64,000 nucleotides of DNA from positions 3,200,001-3,264,000 of the forward strand of contig OY762463.1 in the NCBI GenBank assembly GCA_963665815.1. The letters are read 5' to 3'. Numbering within the stretch: the first letter of the stretch is position 1; each line of letters opens with the position of its first letter. Made by a program: the position numbers and the translations under genes. The notes under the pieces were generated by a model, which had not been told where the DNA came from, made no database searches, and saw nothing but the letters and a program-made list of their open reading frames with translations. Source of the stretch: Candidatus Cloacimonadales bacterium (GTDB lineage: Bacteria; Cloacimonadota; Cloacimonadia; Cloacimonadales; JAIOQZ01). Shown one piece after another: positions 39,771-49,557 of the stretch.

Positions 39771-40664
39771 TCATAGCAGCTTATCTGGCTCTTGATCAAT
39801 TGGATTCTCAGGTTCTGCTTTTTCCAGTTCAGCCCAGATTCTGAGAGTTCTGTAGTACTTTATCTTTTTGATGATCCAGGCAATAAGCATCAGAAATGGG
39901 AAAACAAGTGGGATCATTGCAGATATTGTAAGCAGGATATAGGCTGATGCAGTTCTGGCAGCAACGCTATCCATTTCTCTGTTAAAAAAATCAGGAGATG
40001 AGAAGAATGCTCTGTAGAACAGACGATTAAAGCTGCTTCCGGGATAAGATGTATCAATAAAGCGGAAGAAATTCATTTTCTTATGAGTTACGAGATGTTT
40101 CACTACAATATATGATTTGTAATAAAAAGCTCCCCAGAGAGCAGTATTTTGCGGATACTTTCTATACATATCTCGTAATTCGATATCATGTCCAAAGAGT
40201 CTAATTCTGGCAAAATCCATGGCTGCATTGATACTTGATCCGTTGGCAAAATATTGTGCCATACCTTCATGAAACCACAATGGAGCATCCGGCCAGTAAT
40301 AGAAGATAAAACTGTGGATATACTCGTGAAGCAGTATTTTTACGGATTCCTCCGAGAAATGATTTTTGTCTGATTGGAAGTAGATTGTCTTATCTCTATT
40401 GCTGTATAAAGCATTTGAATGTTTGATTAGTTTACTGTTAATGTTAAGATTTTTCAGAGCGTTTTTTTCGGTTAATACAACAATTTTTACGTCGTAATTC
40501 GGATACAATCCCAGTGTGATCTGGAACTTGTCAATTGCTTCCCGTATACGGCTTTCAATATTCTCACCAAAAGAAAAATCTCCTTCGATTGTTATATTCT
40601 GAGCATTTACAAATACTACAGTTAACAACAACAGAAGGAGAAAAAAGTATTTTATATCAGACAT
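39771..40664 (-). CDS. Peptidase MA-like zinc metalloprotease, membrane anchored
   Basis: LLHEYIH...PLWFHEGMAQY; signal peptide; C-terminal TM. Confidence 0.85.
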   Translation of the reverse strand: MSDIKYFFLLLLLLTVVFVNAQNITIEGDFSFGENIESRIREAIDKFQITLGLYPNYDVKIVVLTEKNALKNLNINSKLIKHSNALYSNRDKTIYFQSDKNHFSEESVKILLHEYIHSFIFYYWPDAPLWFHEGMAQYFANGSSINAAMDFARIRLFGHDIELRDMYRKYPQNTALWGAFYYKSYIVVKHLVTHKKMNFFRFIDTSYPGSSFNRLFYRAFFSSPDFFNREMDSVAARTASAYILLTISAMIPLVFPFLMLIAWIIKKIKYYRTLRIWAELEKAEPENPIDQEPDKLL

Positions 40665-41025
40665 GGAGTTTATCGTGAATTTTTTTCAGCAGTTTCTCCA
40701 TGTCAAAGGGTTTAAATACTACATCTTTCAGACCGTCTTTTTTGCAGTTTACAACCACATGATTAGGGTCATATCCAAAGCCGGTCATCATAATAACAGG
40801 CAGATTCTCGTTGAGATCTCGTGCTCTGGTAAATAGTTCATGACCATCCATATCAGGCATGGCAATATCCGTAATCAGCAGATCTATTTCACCTTTCATC
40901 AGGTGATTAAGAGCTGCATATCCGGAGTTCTCTGTTATAACGTTAAACCCTTCGTCAGTGAGTTCCAGGCTCAGGAATTCAGTAACGTCCGGTTCGTCGT
41001 CAACAACAAGAATAGTTTTTACCAT
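40657..41025 (-). CDS. Single-domain response regulator
   Basis: ILVVDDE, ITDIAMPDMDG, MMTG, KPF. Confidence 0.93.
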   Translation of the reverse strand: MVKTILVVDDEPDVTEFLSLELTDEGFNVITENSGYAALNHLMKGEIDLLITDIAMPDMDGHELFTRARDLNENLPVIMMTGFGYDPNHVVVNCKKDGLKDVVFKPFDMEKLLKKIHDKLHV

Positions 41026-41909
41026 GTTAAAGCCTTCTCACCAGCAATGATTTTATATGCTTCATAGTATTTCTGGTAAGTTTTATCAATTATTTCCTGA
41101 GGGATACGTGGAGCAGGGGGATTTTTATCCCATCCGGTATCTTTAAGGTAATCTCTCACAAACTGTTTGTCGTAGCTTTTCGGAGTTTTACCTATTTCGT
41201 ATTCGCCTTTATCCCAGAATCTGGAAGAATCGGGAGTAAAGATTTCATCAATAAGGATAATCTTTCCGTCAATCGTACCATATTCCAGTTTTGTATCAGC
41301 AAGAATAATGTTTCTCTCATTCAGGAAAGCATGACCAAATTTGTATAGTTCAAGAGTAACGTCTCTTAGTTTGTCTGCAATATTAGGGTCCATTCTTTCT
41401 TTCATCTCTGCGAAGGAAATATTTATATCATGTCCTTCTTCAGCTTTTGTTGATGGAGTAAAAAGAGGTTCAGGGAATCTTTGGGATTCCTGAAGTTTTT
41501 CAGATATTTCTTCTGTGTTTACAGTTCCTGATTTCTGATATTCCTTCCAGGCAGATCCTGTGATGTAACCTCTGGCAATACATTCGAATGGAACAACTCT
41601 GGTTTTCCTTACAAGCATTGATCTGTGTTCAAGCTGATCTCTGAACTGATGAAGTTCTTCCGGATATTCATCAATGACATCAGTAATAAAATGATTATCA
41701 ATTATATGTTTGGTTTCTTTAAGAAAGTATACTGATATCTGATTGAGTATCTTTCCTTTATTGGGTATGATGTCATCAAAAACAACATCAAAAGCAGATA
41801 TTCTGTCTGAAGTAACAAGAAGAAGCTTGTCACCAAGATCATAAATTTCGCGAACCTTTCCGGATTTAAAAGATTTTACAATTTCCAGATCCTGAATACG
41901 CTTTTCCAT
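41019..41909 (-). CDS. purC: SAICAR synthetase
   Basis: GKVREIY, SDRISAFD, ECIARGY, FTPSTKA, ADTKLEYG, DEIFTPDSSRFW. Confidence 0.97.
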   Translation of the reverse strand: MEKRIQDLEIVKSFKSGKVREIYDLGDKLLLVTSDRISAFDVVFDDIIPNKGKILNQISVYFLKETKHIIDNHFITDVIDEYPEELHQFRDQLEHRSMLVRKTRVVPFECIARGYITGSAWKEYQKSGTVNTEEISEKLQESQRFPEPLFTPSTKAEEGHDINISFAEMKERMDPNIADKLRDVTLELYKFGHAFLNERNIILADTKLEYGTIDGKIILIDEIFTPDSSRFWDKGEYEIGKTPKSYDKQFVRDYLKDTGWDKNPPAPRIPQEIIDKTYQKYYEAYKIIAGEKALTW

Positions 41910-42842
41910 TCATCCTCCGTAAATGATTTTATTGAGTTTAATTTTTTGATTATTTAAGATTTCAGAATAATCCAAATTATAATTATTTTCAAGATAGTTC
42001 AAAACAGTTTTTCTTTCATCATAACTGTCTTTAGCTACTGCAAATTCTTCATTATCCTTATATATGTTTTCTATTGCAAAATTCTTTCCATTGATTTTGT
42101 TCAGCATACCATGTTCTATGGTAAAATCTACTTCGTCAGAACAGAAGTTTACCTGCTTCGTTATCATGCTGAACTCAAATGATGCTTTGATTTTGTTGAT
42201 GAGACGTAGTTGTCTCTCAAGAAGATCAGCTTTTTCAAACTTAAGATCATCTTTGAGTTGCTCTGCCTGCATCTGCAATTCAGATATCCATTCAGTTCTT
42301 ATGCACAGTAATTTTTCAGCCAGTTTAAGGCTTTTCTGTTTATCATTGATAAGAAATTCAAAGGAATATGGACTATCGTCATTCATTATACTTGTACTGT
42401 GATTTTCTATACTTTTAAGATTGAAAAGCTCTTTTATTGTATACAGGTAATCAAAAAGTTTGAATCTGTCAGCAAAAGGACCAATATACAAATATTCATC
42501 AATTGTGTTATCACAGACATAGCAGGTGAGATCGTGATCAAGTGAAATGCCGAGATATACATAGTTGTCATAGATTCTGTAGTTAGTTTCAGATACGAAT
42601 TTTCCCCGCTTGAATTCTATCAATGCCTGGAATACATTGTCTGTTTCATTCCACTCAACTGCATCTGCACCGGATATCATCTTAACTGTATCATCCTGTT
42701 TACTGCTCAACAGATACTTAATTGTATACTGCAAATCAGCTGTGAAATTGAAGTAAACAGGCTTGTTATTCCTCAGGAAATAATATACTCCTGAGCTTTC
42801 GGGTATTTTTTGAATATTAACATTTTTTATTAGCATGTTCAC
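41910..42842 (-). CDS. Degenerate UvrC N-terminal (GIY-YIG + UVR) paralog
   Basis: IPESSGVYYF, YIGPF, ELFNL and UVR-like LKFEKADLLERQL; YVGKA and the conserved Arg are absent. Confidence 0.7.
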   Translation of the reverse strand: MNMLIKNVNIQKIPESSGVYYFLRNNKPVYFNFTADLQYTIKYLLSSKQDDTVKMISGADAVEWNETDNVFQALIEFKRGKFVSETNYRIYDNYVYLGISLDHDLTCYVCDNTIDEYLYIGPFADRFKLFDYLYTIKELFNLKSIENHSTSIMNDDSPYSFEFLINDKQKSLKLAEKLLCIRTEWISELQMQAEQLKDDLKFEKADLLERQLRLINKIKASFEFSMITKQVNFCSDEVDFTIEHGMLNKINGKNFAIENIYKDNEEFAVAKDSYDERKTVLNYLENNYNLDYSEILNNQKIKLNKIIYGG

Positions 42843-42871
42843 CCTTATGCTACAGGTGCTTTAAATGTCAA

Positions 42872-44332
42872 TTACTTTGTGCTGTCCTTTTCATTATCTT
42901 TGTAAGTCCTTATTCTGAGGGTATTCAGGAGGCTATGCCTGTCATCTTTACTCAGTATAAAATATGAAAATCCGAGGAAAATTATACCGGCAGCAAGCTT
43001 CAGAAGGAATGCATTGAGGAAACTCAGAGAATGAGTAAAATAAGCTGGACTTGCAAACGCTAATGCCAGTATTATTATTCCCAGTACTTTAGCATTCTGG
43101 AAGTTCATGTGGTGCTGTTTTTGAGTCAGGAAATACATGATGCCTGCAGTAACTACGGTAGACATAGCTGTTGCTATGGATGCACCTATTACATTGAATT
43201 TTGGAATCAGAAGATAGTTGAGGGCAATATTTACACCTACTCCTACAAATACAATTGCAGTCAAAACGCTAATTTTTTTATAGTAGTAAAATGCCATAGA
43301 AAAGATGTTCTGTAGATGCTTAAACAGAAATGTAGCCATCAGAACCGGAACGAAAAGATATACTTCGGCATAGTCTTTTCCTTTTGCGGCTATCATCAGT
43401 ACTTCTCTGGCAAACAGACTGAGGAAGACAAATCCCGCTGCAAGCAGAATTGTAGTATTGACTTGCACTTTGGGAAGATAATCATTGGCTTTTTTTGATT
43501 CAAATCGCGCAATTGCTATTGGCAGTAATGCAGTCTGAATGGATACAACAAGAACAACATTAAGTACACTGGCAACTTTATGTCCAACATAATATATACC
43601 CACACTGGTCTCATCTGCGAGAAACTTAAGAATATATCTGTCTGCCTGAGTGAGCAGATTTGTTGAGATGGTTGTCAGTACGAGAGGTACGCTGTATTTG
43701 AGCATGGATTTCAGAAGATCGGTATCAATTTTAAAGCTTAGTTCTTTGAGGATAATCGGAAGTGTAAGAATCAGGAAAAGTCCGTTTCCGAAAATCTGCC
43801 CCAGTATCACGCCAGTCAGTCCTGCCTTAAAAACAACAAGCATCAATATTGTTGAAACCATGCTGACTGTAAGTTTTACAGCATTAACAACTACGTAATA
43901 GAGTGATCTTCCTTTGGATCTCAGCAGATTCAGGCAGAACAGGTAGAACATCTCAGATGTAATCAGCAGGATTATTAATCTTGTGTATCCAGTATAATCT
44001 GATCCTATGAAGAATCCGAAGATTGGTTTAAAAAGGAATGAAAAGATGTTTATGAATGCAGCAATAAGTAAAAGAAACAGAAACACAGTAGATGTGAATA
44101 TTCTTCCCTGTTTCGGGTCTGCAGAATACCAGCGTAGAAGTGCACTGCTGAGATTGAGTCCGAAGACTGCAGTCAATATTACGGAAATAGGAGTTATCAA
44201 ACCGAAAACCCCTACAATTGCTGTCGTCAGGTATCTTGTCTGGTAAGGTAGTAATATGAATCCGAGAACTTTGGAAAGAATATTACCAAAACTGTATACA
44301 GCTATGTCTTTTGTTGTTTTGTTTTTCAACAT
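42872..44332 (-). CDS. Wzx-type polysaccharide flippase (MOP superfamily)
   Basis: About 12-14 TM; FILLPYQTRYL, MLKYSVPL, ADRYIL...VGIY, LNYLLIPKFNVIGASIAT. Confidence 0.9.
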   Translation of the reverse strand: MLKNKTTKDIAVYSFGNILSKVLGFILLPYQTRYLTTAIVGVFGLITPISVILTAVFGLNLSSALLRWYSADPKQGRIFTSTVFLFLLLIAAFINIFSFLFKPIFGFFIGSDYTGYTRLIILLITSEMFYLFCLNLLRSKGRSLYYVVVNAVKLTVSMVSTILMLVVFKAGLTGVILGQIFGNGLFLILTLPIILKELSFKIDTDLLKSMLKYSVPLVLTTISTNLLTQADRYILKFLADETSVGIYYVGHKVASVLNVVLVVSIQTALLPIAIARFESKKANDYLPKVQVNTTILLAAGFVFLSLFAREVLMIAAKGKDYAEVYLFVPVLMATFLFKHLQNIFSMAFYYYKKISVLTAIVFVGVGVNIALNYLLIPKFNVIGASIATAMSTVVTAGIMYFLTQKQHHMNFQNAKVLGIIILALAFASPAYFTHSLSFLNAFLLKLAAGIIFLGFSYFILSKDDRHSLLNTLRIRTYKDNEKDSTK

Positions 44333-44350
44333 CTAATTTAGGTGATACTC

Positions 44351-45058
44351 CTAATTTTTTGTCAGCAGATACGCAGCTCCAAGGGCAAGTACAATTACAC
44401 CAAGTACTTTAGGAATATCAAGACGTTTTTCCTGATAAGCTATTTGTCTGGTTTCATATACCGTATATGTAGAATCTGAATACCCTGATCTTACCTGATT
44501 AACGTTGTACACAGGGATTTTGTTTCTCTCAAAATAAACAATCGCATCTTTAATTGCAGTGGAGTTTCCGCTGTCTTTGCAATCAAACTCAAAAACAGTC
44601 ATATAGGTGTCAAGATCCATGATGGATATTCGTAATTCATTGGTGCTGCGATTAATTAAGCGGCCATAAACAACATACTGAATATTGAAATCAGTTTTGA
44701 TATCTGAAAGAAGCTTTGAATTTGTCGCCGAAATTCTGGATAGCTCATAATGAGACTTCAACTCCTTACAGGAGATCATTTTCATTCCCGGATCGTATTT
44801 TAAGCCCTCAAAAAGTTGAGCAGATAATACAGGAAGATCTTTACCATTATCGGAGAATCCAAGTATTCCTATGATCGGCTGCTCTTTGTCCCCGAAGACA
44901 TCTTTCTCTGGCGAGATATAATCTGCATGTGTTTCTCTTGAAAATTCAGGGATTCTTTTTCTTTTTTGTACAGGTACTTTTTCAGGTCTGTATTTTGTAA
45001 CTGTTGCACAACCAATAATTAAAAAAACGAATAATAGAAGAATTGCCGATTTTTTCAT
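44351..45058 (-). CDS. Hypothetical lipoprotein (possible CsgG/TolB-N-like fold)
   Basis: IIGC lipobox; IGILGFS...YVVYGRL pattern; C-terminal hydrophobic segment. Confidence 0.6.
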   Translation of the reverse strand: MKKSAILLLFVFLIIGCATVTKYRPEKVPVQKRKRIPEFSRETHADYISPEKDVFGDKEQPIIGILGFSDNGKDLPVLSAQLFEGLKYDPGMKMISCKELKSHYELSRISATNSKLLSDIKTDFNIQYVVYGRLINRSTNELRISIMDLDTYMTVFEFDCKDSGNSTAIKDAIVYFERNKIPVYNVNQVRSGYSDSTYTVYETRQIAYQEKRLDIPKVLGVIVLALGAAYLLTKN

Positions 45059-45119
45059 ATCTCCTCCGGAAAATATATTTAATAAATTTTGTTCTTAACT
45101 ATAATGTATTCTTTATTGA

Positions 45120-47447
45120 CTAATTTGTAATCATTTTTCCTGCTGAAAAATCATTTTTATACTCAATTTTTAGATCGGAAAACAGGGAATCATGAATATT
45201 CTGAATTAGTAGAACAGCATACTTTGAATCATTTATTTTTATGTAATTTTCAGTGAAATTTGTCAAGATTTTCTCCATATTCACAATCACATAGTTTGAT
45301 GCAAAGTTATGAATATCACTTGCATAAATTCCGAATGTGTGTACTAATCTATCAATGCAGATTACGTAACCTGTTTCAGGAACACTACTTTCCATATCAG
45401 CAGTGCTATTGAGGCTGATTACCGGATAAGTGTTTTCTCCATCTGAGAAGAAGATCCCCTTTCCGATTTTTCTCATGTTTCCGGAAGCATCAATTATCCC
45501 AGATACAAATTCCTTGTCTAAGCCAAGTTTTAATCCAGAATCATCAAATGTCATAATAGTCTTTTTATCAGAGGTTTCTTTTTCGAAACCATTTGAATCA
45601 ATTAGATCAATTATCACTGCTGTACTGCATTGAGAAATGAATTTATCAATTTTCAATATAGGCAGTAATTTACTGTCTTTATACTCAATAAATCCACTTA
45701 CAACCGGTAAGGAATCAGTTAATAATTCCGGAACTTCCAGTGCAGTAAACTTTCCTGAATTTGTAATTGAATCGCAAATAATTCCAATCTCATTTCCATG
45801 AACTTGAATGTGCAGTATTTTCTTTCCTGCAATATCACTAAGGGGGATTTCTTCATGAGAGAATTCTTTCATATTAATTACTTCTTCAGTAAAATAAAGA
45901 GGAAGATTAGTATTATCACTATCGAGAGCGAGTCTCGAGTTATTGTCATACTTCAATAATTCTTCAAGATGTGCAGAACTGACTTTATTAATAAAAATAT
46001 CTTCTAAGCAAAACAGAGAACTCTGTGCTTCAAAGATTACATAAGACTGCAATACATCAGGGTTCTTGCATTTACTGCTCAGCAGAAGACAATTATGCCT
46101 GTACAGAAAACTTGTCACTGCGGCATCGCTGATGTCTTTAACAAAATGATGGAGTTGGGAAAGGCTTTGCTGTTGAAACTCCTGATTTTCCATATCTTCT
46201 TTGTCATAAAAGTCAAATGCCATCAATTTTATTTCATTATATTCAGGTGTGGGTACAACTTCAATTCTGACTTTCAATTCAGAGAACTGATAACTTCTGT
46301 AATCCTTTTGAAAGCTGATTATAAGCCTGATAAATCTCAGGATTCTAAATATAATCTCACGTTCTTCTGATTTATACAAATTTCTTCCGGATGAAATCGT
46401 CATAAGTCTAAGTCTGATTTCATATTCCTGCTCCAGATCAGGGAGAAATTTCTTCAGATTATTGAACAGTTCATCGAAGGGAAGCATTTCGGCTTTGTAT
46501 AAAAGATTTTCGAGCGTTTCAGTAATAGATAATAACGAATCGGATACATCGGTTGATGCCGAATCAATACTGAAATTGTTCAGCTTATGTTTTACGGTGT
46601 TCAATTCTTTGATCTGTTTATGCAGTATGTTAAGATCTTTTTTTGAAATCTCGGCAGGTTTATTATCCATCGCATTTTCGATGTTTAAAGCACTGCCGGT
46701 TACAAGATTTTTCTCTTCAGTATCAGCAAATTCTATATTATCATTTAACATGGAATAATACAGTGTGCTGGAGGACAATACATCAAAACTGTTAACAGAG
46801 TATGAATCACAAATCTCCTTAAGTGATTTTCCGGAAGAGATAAGATGGAAATAATTTTCCTTTTTTTCGGATTTTATGAATGTTTTGAGAATAATATCTT
46901 TGTCATTTTTACTTATATTGAAAACGTCATCCAGCAAAATGTCCTGATCAGGATAGTTTTTTTCCAGCAGATAGAACTTGTAATGATAGTTACGGATATG
47001 TTCAAGAATATTTTCTGCACAGCTGAATTCTTTTTCAGCTTTAGAATGAAAGCCTGCTGTGTCAAAAATAGTTGCAATATTTATCCGGTTATAATAATTG
47101 CTTGAATCGGCTATTCTGTAATTTTCAAGGACTGTATAGACTGTTTCTTTTGAAACATCATCGTTCTGAACTAAATCATGAATATTTTGAATAGTGCTGA
47201 ACATTTCTTTAAGAAGCTCAAAATCGAGATGCTCAGTTCGGTAGAGAATATGGAATTCGAATGAAAGTAATATAGACTTATCGAATTTCAGATTCTTGAT
47301 ATTCAGATAGTTACGAAATGAATTTACATAAGCATAATATGGCTTTGCAGCTTTCTGCAAAATCAAAACGGAATCTTTGTTAAATTTAGAAAACTCCTTA
47401 CTGATAAGCTCAAATAAGGAGTTTTCAAACTGTTTGTATTTATCCAT
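45120..47447 (-). CDS. Degenerate CheA/CheW-like protein
   Basis: LENLLYKAEMLPFDELFNNLKKFLPDL resembles the CheA dimerisation/kinase junction; C-terminal CheW-like repeats; no recognisable N/G1/G2 boxes. Confidence 0.6.
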   Translation of the reverse strand: MDKYKQFENSLFELISKEFSKFNKDSVLILQKAAKPYYAYVNSFRNYLNIKNLKFDKSILLSFEFHILYRTEHLDFELLKEMFSTIQNIHDLVQNDDVSKETVYTVLENYRIADSSNYYNRINIATIFDTAGFHSKAEKEFSCAENILEHIRNYHYKFYLLEKNYPDQDILLDDVFNISKNDKDIILKTFIKSEKKENYFHLISSGKSLKEICDSYSVNSFDVLSSSTLYYSMLNDNIEFADTEEKNLVTGSALNIENAMDNKPAEISKKDLNILHKQIKELNTVKHKLNNFSIDSASTDVSDSLLSITETLENLLYKAEMLPFDELFNNLKKFLPDLEQEYEIRLRLMTISSGRNLYKSEEREIIFRILRFIRLIISFQKDYRSYQFSELKVRIEVVPTPEYNEIKLMAFDFYDKEDMENQEFQQQSLSQLHHFVKDISDAAVTSFLYRHNCLLLSSKCKNPDVLQSYVIFEAQSSLFCLEDIFINKVSSAHLEELLKYDNNSRLALDSDNTNLPLYFTEEVINMKEFSHEEIPLSDIAGKKILHIQVHGNEIGIICDSITNSGKFTALEVPELLTDSLPVVSGFIEYKDSKLLPILKIDKFISQCSTAVIIDLIDSNGFEKETSDKKTIMTFDDSGLKLGLDKEFVSGIIDASGNMRKIGKGIFFSDGENTYPVISLNSTADMESSVPETGYVICIDRLVHTFGIYASDIHNFASNYVIVNMEKILTNFTENYIKINDSKYAVLLIQNIHDSLFSDLKIEYKNDFSAGKMITN

Positions 47448-47468
47448 AAAGGATTATCCTCAGTTTTT

Positions 47469-48956
47469 CTATTTCATTAATACGATTTTCTTTATTTTTA
47501 TATCTTTATTGTTTGTTTTTATGAAGTATACTCCGGTAGAAACTTGCTTTCCTGCAACATCTTTCATATTCCAGCTTATTGTATTTCCTGAATTGTGAAG
47601 TATTGAGGAATGCACTTTCTGCCCCTTTATATTAAAGATGGATACTTCTGTATCTTCTTTTACAGCTTTGCTGAATCTGATATTCAGTGAATTACCAATT
47701 GTTGACGGATTGTTAACAATAATACTGTTTTCAGGTCTTGTAACATCATTTTCTTTCACAGAAACATTCTGCAGATCGAAACTCACATCATTCTGATCAT
47801 CATCATTTACTAAAATATGTGCTCCGCTGATATCCATGACATTACTTGCAGTGAATGTAATCTCACCGGTAAAATCAAATGTAGCAGGAACAAAGTCAAC
47901 CAGAGCTCCACTACCAAGCTGAAGCACTGCTTTTTGAGGGGAATGACCATCTGCGTCGTAGTAATTAAAGCTTACATTCCAGGCCCCCATACTGTTATCT
48001 GTAACAACATTTCTTATTTCCGGCAGTGTATTGTTCTGCGGATGAGTAAACTCAAAGTGATCATGGATCATAAGATTGAGATTAGTCATATCTGCAATAT
48101 TCGCATTGAATGAAGGCATAGTTGTAATCTGAAATGTAATTGTAGAGAAAGCCAGTGATTTTGTAGTGTTAGGCCAGGTTCCGAAGTTAGGGTCATTTGC
48201 CAGATCAGACATTGCACATGATAGCACTAGCAAATCATTTGCTGAGTCTTCATAGGACATAATATCACCTATTCTCTGAATATTATTCAAATCAAATGTA
48301 GTATCGATTGTTGCAGCTATCTTATATAATCCCGGTGAGATTAAGGCACCGAGATTTACTGTTTCAATCATCAGATATACGGTAGAGTCCATAACAACAG
48401 ATTCAGGATTAGCCAGTAAGGCAACATAAGCATAAGCTTCTCCCGAGAAGATATCTAATGTAGGATATCCGCCACCATTGTTCTTCATACCGACATAAAC
48501 TCTGTTATCGTCATATCCTGCGTAATCAGAGACAAGCTCAAGATGGTCGCTTCCTGAAACAGAACAATCACCGAGTGAATCCTGAGAGAAAAAAGTTAGG
48601 TCGTTAATTCCCGGATTAGCAGTATTAACCTCTTTTACCATAGCAAGCTGGATAAGGTTCATTATATTCTGTCTCAGATAGAACTGCTGTTCCTGCCCGG
48701 GGGTGACCTGATATGATATTCCGAATGTAAGGGTATCGGTGTTAGTTGCGATTTGTGATGTCCAACCGGATTGATCATTATACTGAACTTCCAGAGAGTC
48801 CCCTGAAACATTCAGAGTAGTGAAATCGAGTTGTGCATTTCCATCAGTTTCCATAGCACCAGTTCTGAGATTACCCCACATTGGGATAACTTCGAATTGT
48901 GCTGAGAGAAACTGTATACTAATAAAACAAACAAACAATAATAATAATTTTTTCAT
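47469..48956 (-). CDS. Secreted protein with T9SS-type-A/FlgD-Ig-like C-terminal sorting domain
   Basis: GGAGGA RBS before ATG 48956; signal peptide; IFNIKGQKV...WN...GKQVSTGVYF...KKIVLMK. Confidence 0.85.
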   Translation of the reverse strand: MKKLLLLFVCFISIQFLSAQFEVIPMWGNLRTGAMETDGNAQLDFTTLNVSGDSLEVQYNDQSGWTSQIATNTDTLTFGISYQVTPGQEQQFYLRQNIMNLIQLAMVKEVNTANPGINDLTFFSQDSLGDCSVSGSDHLELVSDYAGYDDNRVYVGMKNNGGGYPTLDIFSGEAYAYVALLANPESVVMDSTVYLMIETVNLGALISPGLYKIAATIDTTFDLNNIQRIGDIMSYEDSANDLLVLSCAMSDLANDPNFGTWPNTTKSLAFSTITFQITTMPSFNANIADMTNLNLMIHDHFEFTHPQNNTLPEIRNVVTDNSMGAWNVSFNYYDADGHSPQKAVLQLGSGALVDFVPATFDFTGEITFTASNVMDISGAHILVNDDDQNDVSFDLQNVSVKENDVTRPENSIIVNNPSTIGNSLNIRFSKAVKEDTEVSIFNIKGQKVHSSILHNSGNTISWNMKDVAGKQVSTGVYFIKTNNKDIKIKKIVLMK

Positions 48957-49004
48957 CTTATCCTCCAATATATAAACTGAAACAACATAATCAAATGTCA
49001 AGAC

Positions 49005-49092
49005 TTAAATAGTAAAATTCATGCATCCCCCCGTTTTTCTTGAAAATCTGACTTCAAGAAAAACGGGGGGATTCCAATTAAATAGTAAAATT
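49005..49092. repeat. Perfect 20-bp palindrome flanked by 15-bp direct repeats (MITE-like)
   Basis: ATCCCCCCGTTTTTCTTGAA (49025-49044) / TTCAAGAAAAACGGGGGGAT (49053-49072); TTAAATAGTAAAATT at 49005-49019 and 49078-49092. Confidence 0.85.
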
Positions 49093-49358
49093 TCATTAAC
49101 AGTCAGTTTTGAAAGAATTAATCAAACATCTTGGGGAAATTAATGTGGATAGTAAGGGATAATAAAAAACATTTGACAAGAAATCTCCAATGCTATTGAT
49201 ATAGTAATGCGTTTGAAGTTTTATTTCGGTGTAGAATACTATATTTGAAAATTCTCTGAGAATTAAAAGGTGTATACATAAAAGTAATGAGCTTTTGCAT
49301 ATATGTATTAATATGATTAACTTAAGAAACTGGTTAACTTAAAATTATTTTTTACCAA

Positions 49359-49387
49359 TAATAAATAAAATGATAATGTTGAAATGA
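49359..49387 (+). repeat. Orphan copy of the 3' end (NKMIMLK-stop) of the downstream gene
   Basis: 49359-49385 matches 51896-51922 at 26/27 nt, with the last 23 nt identical, followed by an in-frame TGA. Confidence 0.8.
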
Positions 49388-49557
49388 AAAAGTGCTCCCT
49401 ATACAGGGAGCTGTGTCTCCTGATTTAGTCAGGACAGCCTGAGGGTTAACAATCATAAATAAATATATCTCACACCTTTGGAATGGACTAACGACTTTCC
49501 GAATGGTGTGAGACACGCATCCTTTCGCAATGCGGAATTTCAAAAGAAGGAAACCTT

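Noticed and set aside
49394-49534. Known riboswitch (c-di-GMP, TPP, cobalamin, fluoride)
   Set aside because: The consensus motifs of these classes were not found by eye
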